A DNA stretch of 62,965 bases, filler included, from Collodictyon triciliatum (lineage: Eukaryota), in assembly GCA_043381765.1 (NCBI GenBank). It is 4 parts of 4 records of this genome, joined end to end, with 100 filler letters (N's around TTAATTAATTAA, not from the genome) between each part and the next. Parts side by side here need not be neighbours in the genome. Positions count along the whole stretch, not along the records: positions 1 to 27,445 come from JBHJMP010000790.1; positions 27,546 to 37,963 come from JBHJMP010000791.1; 2 more parts are not named here. One strand, written 5' to 3'. The notes under the pieces are model-generated. The model had not been told where the DNA came from, ran no database searches, and saw only the letters and a program-made list of their open reading frames with translations. The translations under genes were made by a program, and so were the position numbers. Within the stretch, counting starts at the first letter, position 1. Every line of letters starts with the position of its first letter. Positions 12,393 through 27,738 of this stretch are shown piece by piece.

Positions 12393-14096
12393 AATATTGG
12401 GCTTCGAGTTTACTCAGCATCTATCTTTATTCGACATACTGGGTATTCAGTTAGTGCACGGATGGATGTACGACCCAAGAAATGAAGATTACAAAGTGTA
12501 TGAATATATTTATGGTTTACTCAACAATCATAATTTTGGCGCGATGTACACCGATTCTTTGTGGATGAGTCCAAAAAAATATTTCATCTACATGATAGAT
12601 TTGGAAATTGTATGAATTCATTTCAATAAAGTGTTATTTGATTAAAACTAGGAATATCGGGCCGCTTACTTACAACCAGGCCATGGAAATCATGGTCGAA
12701 TATAATTCAGCCTTAAGCGACGTAATGATAAGTTGAATTAGCTGAAATCGTGATTGTTTGACTTTGATAAATCAGTACGAAAAAAAATAGCGTGATTACT
12801 TGATAGAATCATCAGAAGATTGTTCAGAAAATTGAAATACTTGTATATTTTCTTTAGTTTTCATCCGGTGAAAAATCCGAAACTGAAGTGGACGGCGTTG
12901 CTAAGATATTATACAAAGGTTTTTTTTAAAAATTTTATCTCCATCATTTAATTTTTAGGCTCTAGAAAAACAACAAAACAAGAAAAAAGGTTCTATTTTC
13001 ACCACTTTTCTTGCTTATTCATATTTTATTTCTCACCTTTGCCCCTTGATTTCGAAAATAAGGGGCAATTGTTGATGAATTTTTACAGTCGACAGCGAGT
13101 CAACTGACTCTATATGGAATTCAAATGCTTCGAAGTGAATTGCTTGAAGGGTTTGTCAATTACACTCCCTATAGAGAAAGAGGAATTTATTAAATCCTGC
13201 CTGTTATTTTAATTTAATTTATTTATTTAAGAAAAACGATAAAAATTGGATTCAGAACCCCTATGTTTTTTTAACCTTTTCCAATGCTTCTCATTTCATT
13301 TTTAAATAAAGGGGAACAGGAGGAAAATGTCATATTTATTCAATTAACATTTTTTTATTTACATATATATTAGTCGCATATGAAATTTTAGCTAGGTAGT
13401 TAATACGTGTCTTATAATCTTTTTGATTTCTCCATACTGACATAGGCGCCACGCTGTCTTCTTTCGAAACAATCACTTCAATGTCATACGCAGAATTAAT
13501 GGCCATATCTTCATTCTGGTGACTGACCAAGGATATCAAGACGAAAGTCGAATTATATGGGAGCGACTGGACAATGTAAACACACCATGTATTCACATAC
13601 AATGAATATATATATAATGGTGAACGATTATAAATCTATGAATCGAAATGTTATTCAGGTGGAGGGAGATAATCCCTTATTTGACGGAAATCTTGTCCTG
13701 TTTGATCCGCTGGTATCACCGCCTGCTACTGCAGAACCCGTCGAGAATCATGCTTCTTTGCTGGGGGATGATGTTGGGGGAATCGTCACACAAGAGCGGA
13801 TAGACGAGCAGCTCCGAATACTGGAACAGCTGAAACAATCGCAATCGCAAGGGCACAATCAGAACATGGCGCAGCCCAATCACTCGCTCATCAGAACTCC
13901 TCTTCAATCGCCAACCCGTTCGCATCCGCCTTCTCCTTTCCATCCACCGTATGGTTCTATCCTGGATATACCGCCATGTCTGGGATAACAATCATAATAT
14001 CAGGACAGCCTCATATTCTCACTTATTATTTTTTTTTTATGACCTTGACCGTAACCCATTAGAAGCCCTGGAAGCACCGGCCCAGCCGACCAATAG
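12393..14096 (+). CDS. MINDY-1/2 (FAM63/DUF544) K48 deubiquitinase, partial; the N-terminal catalytic-Cys exon is not visible and may lie in the gap
   Basis: GFEFTQHLSLFDILGIQLVHGWMYDP, LTYNQ, FLQSTASQLTLYG, HAVFFRNNHF...LVTDQGY...IIWERLDN|VEGD: the MINDY1/2 catalytic-domain motifs. Confidence 0.88.
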
Positions 14097-14440
14097 AAGT
14101 GTTGGTGTCGGTACAGACCAAAACTGCCGCAAAGAAGCGCTCAAGAAAAAAAATTACTTTACATAAAGTTTTCTTTTTTATTTTTTCTTCTGCAAGTCAC
14201 GACAAATATTGTGACCAATGCCGTCTGTTTCTCCCTTTGGGTGCAAATATATTAAACCAATTGAGTTGGCCATGCCGCCACTTGATGTTATTTTTCATTA
14301 CATATCATTCCCTTTATTTGAGTGACATCTCAATATATATGTATGTTCGATTCTTTGTAAAAACATGAAGGTATAGAGTGACTGAGTATAGAGTTATGAA
14401 CATTGAAAGAATGAATGCCAAATATGTTTGCTTCACACTC

Positions 14441-17400
14441 TCACAAAACAGCCTGGTGCAGTGCCGGACCATTCAGCTTCGTCAGCATCACAAACTCTTC
14501 ACCAAATAATTCGTAAGCCATATCAAGCAAATGCTTATCATCTAGATGTAAAACCCTGGATAGCATTTCGAGATTCTCGCACGCAGTTGATTCCTCCTCT
14601 CTTTTCACAACAGGCAAGCCAGAATCCTGCGGCGGTTTGGGCTCCCAGAAATACTGTGCGCAGACGTACTGAAGGAAAAGAATCATGGCGTTTAGAATCA
14701 TACAATACATTAATTCTCCGGTATCTGTCTGACTCAGTTTGCGCGCATAAGGACCGCATCACAGAGATATAAATATATATTATGATTGTGACTTTGAAGG
14801 GTGATGCATAAATATTGGTGCTAGACAAAGTCCCAGATTTGAAGGGAAAGAAATGGTCTTTTGCGATGTTTACAAACCATCAACCGGTAGTGTGTTTTGA
14901 GGGCTTCTTGTCGCTTGAGAGGTTCCTCGTGAGACAAGTGAGGCTGCAGAATACTATGAAACACCTTTAAGTTTGGAAATACCTGAGCATCATTAAAGCA
15001 AGGTTAGAAAATGCACCAGTATAAGGAATCGACCCATATGGGATTGAATCATATATCGGTTGTCCCTTTTATTGTGAGTACAAATGTATATGATGAGAGA
15101 GTAATGTGATATTAGAAATGAACGGCAGCATAATCGAAGGGGACTCAAATTAGTATGAAAGACTATGTAACTTACTATGTATTTCGTGACAGTTGACCCC
15201 AATGCTCCAAGAACTGATAAGGCTCCATAATGTGTGCAGAATGGCCTTAATGGGTCCAAAAAGGCTCTTGTCAATGTTTTTATCAGCCTCGGCATCATTT
15301 GTCGATTCACATGGGCGTAACTAATTGTGATGAAGGAAAAACAAAGTAACTACATCAGCTCGACTGTTTCATTTGTAAACAACTCATCAAAGCCGTTGAT
15401 TTTCCATACAAGAACGAGAACAACGTTTTTCTTCATATTAAATGCTTCCCCTGATATAGCGGAAGCTGGAAGTAAGGCACTCATACTTTTTGCATATTTT
15501 TGCCAATATATTAGCAGATTTATCTCTGAGAGACCAGTGGTCCTCCGTTGGCGTGGAGCTCAATCGGCGCCCAATCGCGCAAGTGAGTACGGGTGGGACG
15601 AGCTGTTGGACCTGGTTTAGTTCGATTCATGAAAGGTTAGTCATAGGTATATGAAGAAGGAAAACAATGACGCTGCAACCTAAATATTGATTTCAGCCAC
15701 GGGTATGATAAATTAAAAGTAATCAAAATGTCTAACACTAGCAGAAAATCGAAACAAGAGCAGAGAAATATTACACTCGTTAACTTAGTCTTACATAGGG
15801 CTCGACATGGATGAAGTCATTTTGTAGGAGGTGATATATTGACGAAATGACAGCATCGAGTCGATCATAATTTCCTAAACTTTGAATTACCTACCAATAA
15901 AAAAGAGACAAAAATAAAATAATCACTTTCGAAATCTATGTTGGAAAACAATATTAAATATCGCACGAGTAATTTTTTTTTAAAAAAAAAAGAGAAAAGT
16001 TAAAAATCAAACAAAAAAAGAATAATTCTAAGCGGTTGTTATATTGAACCCCGATTGAGAGTCTAGAATCAAGAGAAACCTCGTCGTGAGTGAATAGAAC
16101 GAATGTAGGGAGGATTGACTGGAGCTTATGACTTGTTCGTAAAAACTCAAATGATTTCAGTAATATGGGATTATGTAAAGTAATCTCTTGTGAAGGGTCA
16201 TCTTCCTAATTGATCAGAAAAAAACCCGTAGTAGTTATTTCTATTTTCATATAAGCTAAATAAGAAATGTACATCAAAATAGCATAACGGCGAGTGAAAA
16301 AAAAAGGAGTACTGAAAGAAAGAAAAAGCATATATAATCTCACGGGTCTGTGTAGTATATACTAAATAAATATGAATAAAGATTTTTCTTCCTTTATTCG
16401 ATTCAAAGTGTAGCGAGGCAAATATGAATAAAGATAACCTTCGACTCTCCGATTAGAACAGACGAAACTATGCATGTTTAATAGTTGATTGTAAGAAAAT
16501 ATATGATATTTCAAAAATATAAAAAAAATTAAATAGTGTACTCTTCTCGGTTGATGAAGCCTCCCTTGGTGCACACAGCTTTCGAATCTTTTCATAAATG
16601 ATTCATTTGCTTAAAAAATGCGATGGTATTTTATAGGCCAATAGTAATTAATTAAATATGTATAGTCTTTTGTTATTATTTACTTTCAATGTATTGAAAG
16701 CTTCGGTTCTGTTTGGAAAATTTTCAAAATTAGCTGCTAATATTGTAAGCATGGATTAAAACTACAGACTCCTTACATATGGTTCCCTGATGCTTCCGAT
16801 CATAATGTCATAAAATTTAATCATATCAGATGGAATAGAAGATTTAGTCAGTCCCCGTCCCTAATTTAAAAAAATGACAATTACGCGTTCACTTATGAAG
16901 ATTACATAGTTAAATGACTATTATTAAGATAAAAAATATACATACAACTGTTAAAATACATAAAGTAAACCATGAAAACAATTCAAACAAAATGTAAAAT
17001 ATAAGTAGAAAATTAATTAAAAAAGTTAGAGCGTAAATTGCTCGCTACCTGACCCCTTGTGGAATCTTGAGTGCCTCTTTTTTTCTTCTCCTCTACTTAT
17101 ATGAATTTCATATCATGTTATGAGATATAATTAATTCAAAAATGAATACCATTAGGATTATATGAAGAAATACTCATTCGTTATTAATTGATTAGTTATA
17201 TTCAAAAAAATTGTATTAGTTATTTGCTTTGATAGAAAATAAATGATGAGATGCGGTGTAATGCCCTCTAAATGCAAACCAGGGATTGATTTAAGCTCCA
17301 CGCCTTCGATGCAAAGCCACTCAGATGTAAAATGACACGGTTCTGATGGGTTTGGTAGTGGCGTGACTAAAATGTCTTTGAAATCAATTTCCTAGTACAA

Positions 17401-18664
17401 ATTTGATCTCATAAATGGGTGAATAGAAAATAGGGATGGAAAGAAAATAGTATCGGATAGGTAATTGTGTGCATTTATCGTCCAAAAAGTAATTCAAAGG
17501 GATTTTTTTTATTGAAATGTTCTAATAATACTCTAATTTTATTCATTATCTAATTTCAATAAACTGTTATATGAGTAACTTCAACAATTACATTACTTTC
17601 TATGGGGAAAAATCAGAATTATTTAACGTTAAAATATTGGAGGTGTACGTTATCATCCATCACAAATAAATCAGAACATCCCGGAACACGTGAGAATTTC
17701 ATTGGCTGAGGAGTGGAATGGCCATACAAACCCTAAAAATTTTAATTAATTGGTAAGAAAAATCTTTATAGTTTTGAATTTACTAAACCATTTCAAATTC
17801 AATTGATAGTCTATTTTATCAATTTCTTCGGCATCCATATGAACGTCATATAATATTTGAATAAACTACCTCCACTTTGCTGCAACGAATAGAGTTGTTG
17901 ATATCTGATACAGTCAGATGCTTTCTCTTGGAATGCTTCATGAACTTTATAGCTCCCTGGCAAAAATTTTCATACAGGTTGCCACAAAGATGGGAAAAAA
18001 TGAGAGTGTAAATATTAAGGGTGATATGCCTAGAAGCTCATGATGTTCATGTACATATCGTCAATAGAGCTGGAATTTATCATCCAATAAATGAAGTTTA
18101 AAAAAGCATGTCTTTTGAACCACATGAACTGGAATGGAAGCTTCAGAAAAGAAAAACAAGAATGAACCAATGAAATATGCAATAAATTGGACCAGATGGG
18201 TGAGATTACGATCAGATTTATTGATGGAAAAGGAATCCTCAATTGGTATTCAAAAGAAGAAGAAAAAAGAAAAGAAAAGAAACCATCAACAGATATAATT
18301 GTAGAAAATACACATTCTGATGACCCTTACCTCAACAAGCTCTCTGATGCGAAACTCAACATCTGGAGCAAGAGCTTGGGCCACCTATGCAACATCAATT
18401 ACTTTAAGCCCTTTATTATCTCAACTAAACAGATCCAATTCATGCTCAACTATGCTATCTACAGAAAACATTGTTAAAAAAAGATTTTGCGCTGCTATTA
18501 AAAGCCAGCGAACAGATTATTTATTATAATAATCAGTGTAAGCCAAAACAACTATATAAAAAAGAATGAAAAAAAAAAAAAAAAAGGAAGGGTACCTCGT
18601 CGCTTAAGGGTTGTGCGCACACTTCCTCTGCAACGATCTTGACGCTCTCTGGAGGGAGACTCAT
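14441..18664 (-). CDS. TAF6: TFIID subunit 6 (histone fold plus HEAT domain), multi-exon
   Basis: MSLPPESVKIVAEE..|VAQALAPDVEFRIRELVE|AIKFMKHSKRKHLTVSDIN; HFTSEWLCIEGV; QLVPPVLTC...DHWSLRD; PRLIKTLTRAFLDP...THYGAL. Confidence 0.93.
16368..16435 (-). mobile_element. Family-B short retro-insertion (36 nt) with a 16-bp TSD, in a TAF6 intron
   Basis: AAATATGAATAAAGAT at 16368-16383 and 16420-16435; insert reverse complement GCCTCGCTACACTTTGAATCGAATAAAGGAAGAAAA. Confidence 0.88.
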
Positions 18665-19520
18665 CCTGGGTTGTTAAAAAGAGGAGAGGAAACGATCATT
18701 TTGGATAGGGAATGTCCCATGGAAAAGACCAATCGAAGGTTTATGCTCCTTACCAACTCCTACCAACCATGCGGCCAGTTTTCTTGTCATAAGTCATGGA
18801 GGATTCCGGCTTACTTTGGTCTCGATTACTTGCTTCCAAAGAACCGATCATGGAGCCCAACCCAACCGATAACCTGTTTTTTATATCTGGAAAATATGAT
18901 ATGGAACATTATTTTTAGTTATTTATTGCATTCATAGATTCTGAGGTCTGTTTTTTAGTTAAAATGCTAATATATATTTGTAGGTATCCAATAGTTGGTA
19001 ATTGGTGTTGCGTCCATCCAAATAGGCAAGTATCCTCATTCATTGATTGATTGGAGTTACAAAAATAACGATTGGCAACCTGTTACTCACATTAAATACA
19101 TATTAGTCGATTTTCTATTAAATAATATGTCTAGCTTGAACGGGACAGAATACTCTTAAAAATGATTTCTTCACTGAAAATACAAAACAGCCAAACAAAG
19201 CCAGAAAACCAGATTCAAACCAGTTTCGATTCGATCCAATGATGATTTTTTTCTTTTTCGCGCTCGAGAAGGAATGAAGTTGGGGTCGATTCCTGCCTCG
19301 TCCAAGTTTCATTCTCGCGTGATGCGCCACGACTCTTGCATTCGGGAAAAGCTCGTCGCACAGAGTCTCAGTAATCAGAGAGCGATTCTCCATCGAAGCA
19401 TTCGATTCAACCGCGTCTTTAGCCCAGGAGTCTAGTCAAGATCGCAGGCGCAACCTTTGAACAAAACAAGAGACTATGCAATAAACTGCGCCTGCTGCAG
19501 TCTTTCTCCTTTCTCCTTTC

Positions 19521-19629
19521 TTTTGTCCTTTGTCCTTTGTCCTTTGTCCTTTGTCCTTTGTCCTTTGTCCTTTGTCCTTTGTCCTTTGTCCTTTGTCCTT
19601 TGTCCTTTGTCCTTTGTCCTTTGTCCTTT
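19521..19629. repeat. (TTTGTCC)n heptamer tandem repeat upstream of the CNOT1 start
   Basis: About 15 perfect copies. Confidence 0.95.
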
Positions 19630-19772
19630 CCTATTTCTTTCTTTTATTTATCTGCTTTCCTTTCAAATTAAAACTCAACAGAAGAGTCTTACTTTCGCTT
19701 CATCACCAGAGACGCAAAGAGAGAGGACACAGAGGCCGGATCCTTTTTTCCTGACTTACGTGGCAGAGGGCG

Positions 19773-22700
19773 ATGGCTACCACTGTAGAGACACTTGGCT
19801 CGCAAATACGGCTTGTGCTTTCCAATTCCACAAGCACAAACTTTCATTCAGTCACGGCGGAGTTACACCAGGTTTTTTTTTTTTTTGCGGACAATTCGTA
19901 CTTCCTCCTACTCGCCTCTACTCGGAACCACGAAAGTGCTATGCTTACGACTATGAAGGCCCTATCTTGTCTTATTACACCTATACACCTCAATAAGTTG
20001 CATGATATCTCTAGCCAATTTTTTTTGGGTTCATGTTGTGATACACTCCTCCCAAAGTAACGACAAGAATGTGCTACGGTTCATATCATTATTCTATTTC
20101 TTCACTAAACTTATTTCTTGTCCCATCATACCGAGCCAGTTGGTTGCACCGTTTGGAGCGGATGGGCTGACCCTTATGTTCCAGTTGCTGTTGGAAGAGC
20201 TTCTAAAGGCCCACCCGATCATCCCCAAAGAAAACACAAAGCTGGTTCTCTTCCAACAGGAACTTGCAGCCTTGAATCAACGTGCAGACTATGTCCATAT
20301 TCTGGCGCGAGTGTTTTCCCAAGTTCCAAGAACAGCAGACAAGTTTCTGATGCATTTCAGTAAACAATTTCGGCTTTCTCCACTCCACGAGTTTATTCTG
20401 TGCTCAGCCTGGGTTTTCTCCTCCGATGAATATCTTCGAGCCCAAGGTTCTCATTCAATAATAACGTATACGCTCATAACCTTTCGATCGATATAAAGCG
20501 TCAACATATGACAATCTTTCAAAATTTCTCTTGTGACCTCGTACTTTTTACAAATTGTACCTCATTTCCCTGTAATCTTTAGTCTATATTTTCTGACACC
20601 GCTTCTTTCACGTTTCTTTTTGAAATATTACTTATTCATTATATCTCTCTCATAGGAATAAATCATTTGATCACTAAGTTGAAGGAGAATCCCACCTCTT
20701 TGGTTGAGGCAGGCTTGTCAGAGATTGTCCTGCGGAACCTACTCGTTATCATAAACCATAACCCGACTCTAAGAGGAATACTGGAGAATCCGTCAATAAG
20801 AGACTATATAGTTACCTTGGCAGAGCAAAATTTGTCGTTTGCATACCTCCTTCCAAAAGCTGATGAGCAGCTATCTATGAATCCCAGGTTAGATATGTGA
20901 TGTCATATGAAGGATATTCAAAAGATTTCTCGGTGGAATGAATGCCATTGCCCCACAATCTCTATTCTACATAATTTATCTATCTATTCTACCGTATGAC
21001 ATTCAATGTTTTTGTAATTATCCTCATAATGAATCATCATTTCTTTCCTTGATAATTTTTCTTTGAAACCTAATCACACTGAATTCTCCCAGAGCCCTTA
21101 CCCAGGATAAAGACCTTGCTGGGACTGGAATCATCATATCTTCTTCCATCGCTGCTCAGTCAATGCGTGCAATACCCATATATAGAACTCTTCAGGATTT
21201 GGGATACATCGCTACTGCCAGCGTCCAATTTTTTAGAGGCATTCTCTCGCAGTTCCCTCCTCTTCAAGACTTGGATACGATATCGATCATATCGATGGTG
21301 TGTCGAACACACACGGGGCTGGAGCCATCCATAGGGTTATCTTTCAATGCCAACGGGACAATATCAATAGGACAACAAGTTCCTGTTTCTACAGAAGGCT
21401 CTCCAACTCAATGGAACCTCGATGTTCTTATATCTGTACTTAAAGAGGTACCACAAATACACCTATGATAAAATGTTCCAATTAAGTAGTTTTATCTTCG
21501 TCAAAAAGTAATCTTTCGGGTTATTAATATGCAGAAATTCATCTGCAGCTAGACAGTACGATACGTTAATTATATGTCCTTTTTTTTTTCCCGGAAAGCT
21601 AACTTTAGAGTATTACCAATCATTTTTTCCTTGAAAAAATAACAAAAGATTACAGCGACGAATAAGCAACTCTGGTTCGCACTTGATTCACCTGATTTCT
21701 ACATCGAAGACCAGAAAGGGTTTGCAATGTTCATGACAATATTCCGAGGGCTGAACGGCGGACCAAACGTACACTTTTTTTCTCCTCACATGAAGCGCTC
21801 TTGATTTTCCTTACCATCAATTAATGTTTTAACGCTAAGTGCCCCAATCTCGACCAATATTACTGATTCGCCACCACACCCTACAGGCAAATTTTCCCCT
21901 GGGAATTATTTTCAAGAAATGGCAAAACACGCAGAGTCAAGTGTCATTCCTTCGCTTTGCTATTCTATCCCCACCTGAAGTGTTCAGTTTTGCTGAATCT
22001 CCAAGAAGACTCTCTACTGCTGGTACGTCTCATGGATTAATTATTGACATATGAGATTTTGAACCAAAGCAAATCTCCTCAACATATTATTTCCGTTAAT
22101 ATGCTGTTCACTCCGCGAACAGATGCTACAATATCTATGATGTCAAAGCAGCCTATTCTCCACGCATGGATTTCTATCGATCTGATTGAAGTGCTGGTGG
22201 AGCTCTGTACAAAAGAAAATTATATTTCGATTCGCTCTCTGCTTGATCTAGCCATAAAGAACTGCGCAGATATCCTGTTCCTCGGAATTGCATCACTAAC
22301 TGAGCTTTTGAGCAGAGTATGTTTCCACACGTTTCAGTAGATTATCTGGCTTTGAATACTTGGAAATACCCCTCAATTAACCTGTAAATTACCTAGCCTA
22401 TCGTCCAAGAGGTATCTTCGGTTCTTTTGCTCCTTTATCTTGGAGGTCAACAGGTATCGAATGCTGTGGTTGCCAGGGTCTGGCAAGGCAATCGCAATAT
22501 CTTGATTACAGCTATGGTGACTGTTTATCAACGGGAACCGACACTCCTTACCCGCATACTGGACCTTGCTCAAGAGCTTAAGGTTGTTTGTCTGCATACA
22601 AATATGTTCTATTTTTACTCTTGTTTTTATTTATTGCCCAATCCACATATAAAACGCAAAGAGAAAATAATTACAAGACTCATGTCAATCCTTCGCTCCC

Positions 22701-25700
22701 CATCTTCACTGAAGCATACTTATTAAACTTAATGATGAAATCCACCAGGGATTAACCGTTATCTTGGAATACCCTTTGTTTCATTTCACGTATGTTCAAT
22801 TCTAATAAACTAAGGGGTCCAATTGCATATGGCTACTGCGTCAAATCATGATATTTTCTCCAGACCACGATTCGACTTGCTAGATTTCACCTCCTGAAAT
22901 TCATAGTGCAACCCCTCTTATCCTTAATTCTGTGATAGAATCGACTTAGCTAGCCTTGCCTCTCGTCGTGAATATCTCAATCTGGAAAAGTGGCTTAGAG
23001 ATAGGATAATAGAAACACCTCAATCGCAACAAATTGTTTCCTTGTTCATTACTGAATGCCTTATCTTTCTTCACGAACGCCTGCCTCGACAGTTCAAAGG
23101 TTTACTACTCATTATTCTCGTAACTTAAAAAGGGCAATTGCTCAGAGAACTAGAAAGATTAGCCTTTTTTTTTTTTTGAAAAATTTAATACCCAATATAC
23201 TTATTTTTCGGATTAATCACGTAGTTGTAGATACACAGCGATCACCACAGCATCCTTTTCAATCCACAATTAGTGTTTTTATAACAGTGCTGCAATCTAA
23301 AGCTCAGTAATATTTTGTTATTGCGTTGAATTTTTGAAAGTCTTTTTTTTATCTGCATTATCTATTTTGTTTTATTTGCTAACTTTTTTCTTTTTTTAAA
23401 GGCTTTTATCTCCTGAGCAGGCTGCAAAGTTTAAAGATATCAAGGTAAATGCTAATCTTGACGTCAATGATAAATTTTAAGTACAACAGCTAATCGATTC
23501 GAATGATTTATAAGCCCACTTTCCAACTATTTCGTCAATTTATAACATATCAAGCTGTCTCAGCACTTACTAAAGCATCGTATGCAGATGTACTACCAAC
23601 AAATGTTTGCCAATGTGGATAGTGGCGCAAATACAACTGGTCCGATGTCAATTGCAACAACTCAGTGAGTAGAAAACGACCCATCCGAAAGATATATTTA
23701 TATGTATGTGCATATGACTCTCTAATATTGATATTACGACCAGACCTAATTTGACTAATTATTTCAGGAGCGAATCAACACCTGGATTTCCACCTGAAAT
23801 TGAGAGTAGAGCAAACTCATTATTCCAAAATGTAGGGTTCTCATGATTTTAACTGTTTCAAAAATTAACACAAATTAGACTTTAGCCATTTTTATGTTAT
23901 TCTCTTTTACATCAATAAATCAACATGAATATTTCACCCGTCCATTTTTTTTTTCACTTTACTATCCTTTCTTGTAGACATACGCAAATACAATCTCTAT
24001 CGAAGATGTGATTGAAACTCTGAGGAACTACAAGAACTCTTCCGATTCGCAGGATTCTGCTGTGTATAGTTGTATGATTCAAAGTCTCATCGATGAGCAC
24101 AAATATTTCCCAAAATACCCAGAGAAAGAGCTCCGAATCACCGCGATTTTGTTTGGGCAGCTTATCAACCATAATCTCATACCGCCAAACCTGACGCAGT
24201 ATGAACACCTTGATTTATATGATAGCTGTCGAATCCTTTTCTTACTTCCATACATCTGAATATTGAACTGAATATTAGTGTTACTCTCATATGACTATTT
24301 TTTTTTAATTTGAATCATTATTTTAGATTTGCATTGAACCTGGTCCTGGATTCATTGAAGAAGCAGCCAAACACCAAAATGTTTAAATTCGGGCTTATTA
24401 CGCTCGAGCAATTTAAAAGGAAGCTGCCAGAATATCAAGGGGTAAAGATATACTCAATTGTTTTTATTCTCCCCAAGAAACGAATTGTAAATCCAGCAGT
24501 CTCTGGTGCTATTTAAATACATGAAATGCACGAAACTGAAACATGGTCTCTTTTTAAAAATTAGTTTGTCAGTCAAATTCTTCAAATACCAAACATCCGT
24601 CAAATACCAGAAATGCTTGATATTATCATTATGATTGGTCAGCCTATTGTTATGGTAATTTTTTTTACCAATAATAATTTGATATTGTTTTATATAATAT
24701 ATTTTACGCATGATCAAAAAGCTCCCTCATTTTTTTTTGAAACCAAAGTTGTTAAATGCTCAAATGCAACTTCTCTCCCGATAAAAGGAAGGTACACCAG
24801 CTTCGGCCCCGGGTCTAGCCGCGACACCACCGCCAGTGACGGTAATAAAAAATTTCTAAACTTTATGTAGGAAACAAAACCCTACTTTTCTACTTTTTTT
24901 TAACCTTGAGACCACCATAACTATGAACTCATTCTAAACTGTCTTGGTTGAACAGGAAACACCAACAATTACGACGTCTGCGACTAAGGTATACTATTCA
25001 TTTTACATTCACGTCTATTTTTATCCTTAATGAAGCAAATACTATGTAAAAAGATGGGAATGCTATATTATGAAACACATCCACCATACACCTTCTACTA
25101 TTCCCCATTTAGCCATCCAGAGAGCCCTCGATTGTGACATCATTGAATGTGAATCTTTTGCTGGAGGCAGCTCCCAGAGTTGCTCAACTCCCTGATGAAC
25201 TACGTGACAAAATCCACTTCATATGGAACAATCTCTCCCAAGTATGTCTTTGTGACGAGCGGGTCATCCCAATTCCCTCTATTCTGTCCCTTGTGATTAT
25301 GAACACTTTTGGACAAACATTCAATACTAAATTATCTTTTTAAACAAAAACAATGTGCCGCATACTTCAGACCAACTTGGACCAAAAAGCACACGCTTTC
25401 CGAGACTTGTTGGATTTGCAGTATCTTCCGGCTATTTCACAGTACATAGTCATTAACCGAGCGAGCATGGAGCCTAATTTTCATAATGTAAGATGAAATA
25501 TGATTATATGCTGACTTTTGTTTAAACTGCATTTGCATCTTTATGATGATGTTACCCAAACGATAACCCGACAACTTCCAAGACTTAAATTCATTTATTC
25601 ACAGCTTTATCTCAGCTTCTTGGAAACGCTCAACATGAGTGCCCTCAGCCGGATGATCACTCAAATTACTATCGACAGCATCCGAGTTCTATTGACCCAG

Positions 25701-26561
25701 GACGTCAAAGTGGGATCTACGGAAAAGTGAGATTAAACCAACCTTTCTGATCAAGTTATCATTTCAAAAGAGCATTCCAGATAAATTCGAAAACTATTAT
25801 CCATGTTTTTTTTTTTTTAAAAAATTCACACCTTAATTTGTATCAATCACAGAACTTTGCTGAAAAATCTCGGCAGCTGGTTAGGAAGCATTACCATAGC
25901 TAAAAATAAACCCATTCTTCATCGCTACATCGCCTTGAAAGTAAGAATAATATGGAAATAGAAATAGAAATAGAAATAGAAATAGAAATAGAAATAGAAA
26001 TAGAAATAGAAATAGAAATAGAAATAGAAATAGAAATAGAAATAGAAATAGAAAAATAATAGACCCTGTTATCGAATTAGCTTGCAGTAAATTTATGACT
26101 CAAAATTCCAATGGAAACTTACATTTTTTTCCTTTATTCGAACAATAGAAACTTACATATTTCTTTCAAAACAATATGCTTTTATTTTATTTTATGAAAG
26201 AACTTAAACGGCATCCTCTCTTTTGGTTGATAGCTGCATCTAAATACAGTTTTACATGTAAAGTCCTATAACTTACTTTTGCTATTGCTCAACAGGAACT
26301 GATTTTGGAGGCCTACGATAGGGACAATTTGACATCAGTCATTCCCTTTGTTTGTAAAGTTCTTGAATCGTGTAATAGGTCCAAAGTTTTCAAGCATTAC
26401 AACCCCTGGGTTTTCAATATACTCCGATTGCTTGTGGAAATTCACAGGGTTCCTGGGATAAAACTTCACATTAAGTTCGAAGTCGAAGTGCTGTTCAAGT
26501 TCCTTTCAATCGAGTTCAAAGGTTACTTCATTCAATATCTTCTTTCTATCCCTTTTTTTTA

Positions 26562-26633
<72 letters not shown>

Positions 26634-27414
26634 AAGAAATAATCTGCTACAGAATTTGTAGGTATGTCGCAGAGATACAAATCCCACTATATTTTTCCTC
26701 CACAAATCAATTTTAGTACTCAACTTGAATTCGATGAATAAACTAATCATGTATGATATTTGCTCATAGACGTTCCTCCAAGTGACTTATGCCATGGTAG
26801 AAAAGGACGAGCCGAAGAGAGCAATACCCAGAATGTGATGTCAAAGCCTACCGGACAAGTCAATAGTCAGCCATCAGCCGAATCCACTACCACTTCTATG
26901 GGGATTGGTAATAGGACCGCAATTCCCCGACTACTTCGTTTCCAAATAGTTGAGTGACACGAACTTCTGTCATCTAATATATCCTTTACAACTCACCTAG
27001 ACCCAAAAATATGGCCGCTCTTTGCCTCAAAAATACAAATCAGTTTCCCAACACCCGACATCCTTTCAGTGCCACGGTCGCGTGCAATAACTCTATTAGC
27101 AACACAGAAGGCCATTCAAGATGTAAGATTTAACATTATGTCAATTATACTCTACGTGCTAATCATATATATTTGGCTTATGCACCGTTTATATGAGTCT
27201 TAACACCGCCTACGTCATTCTCAAAAGATTTTTTCATCTGAAATATTTCAATTCATCAATTTCTTCGCAAAATAGATTATGGGTCCCGTGGTTGATCGAT
27301 CAGCATCTATCGCTTGCATCACAACAAAGGAGCTAGTTTGCAAAGACTTTGCCACCGACACAGACGAGGTGCGATTGAAGCAGGCTGCCCAGAATATGGC
27401 TCAAAGTTTGGCAG
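19773..27414 (+). CDS. CNOT1: CCR4-NOT scaffold subunit NOT1, N-terminal half (truncated at the linker)
   Basis: [91 protein letters not shown]3819-type [23 protein letters not shown]. Confidence 0.95.
25955..26053. repeat. (GAAATA)n intronic microsatellite
   Basis: About 16 perfect hexamers. Confidence 0.95.
26114..26158 (-). mobile_element. Family-B ultra-short retro-insertion (23 nt) with an 11-bp TSD, in a CNOT1 intron
   Basis: GAAACTTACAT at 26114-26124 and 26148-26158; insert reverse complement TATTGTTCGAATAAAGGAAAAAA. Confidence 0.7.
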
Positions 27415-27445
27415 GTTTGTCTTGTTTCCAAAATAACCTTATCTT

Positions 27446-27545
27446 NNNNNNNNNNNNNNNNNNNNNNNNNNNNNNNNNNNNNNNNNNNNTTAATTAATTA
27501 ANNNNNNNNNNNNNNNNNNNNNNNNNNNNNNNNNNNNNNNNNNNN
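27446..27545. other. Artificial contig-joining linker N44-TTAATTAATTAA-N44
   Basis: A 12-mer with stops in all six frames centred in a 100-nt N block; identical at three sites. Confidence 0.9.
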
Positions 27546-27643
27546 AAAGAATAAAAAAGAATAAAAAAGAATAAAAAAGAATAAAAAAGAATAAAAAAGA
27601 ATAAAAAAAGAAAAAAAAAAGAAAAAAAAAAGAAAAAAAAAAG

Positions 27644-27738
<95 letters not shown>

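Noticed and set aside
27490-27501. TTAATTAATTAA palindrome recurring three times, as a biological motif
   Set aside because: Always centred in exactly 100 nt of Ns and contains stops in all six frames, as expected of an assembly linker.
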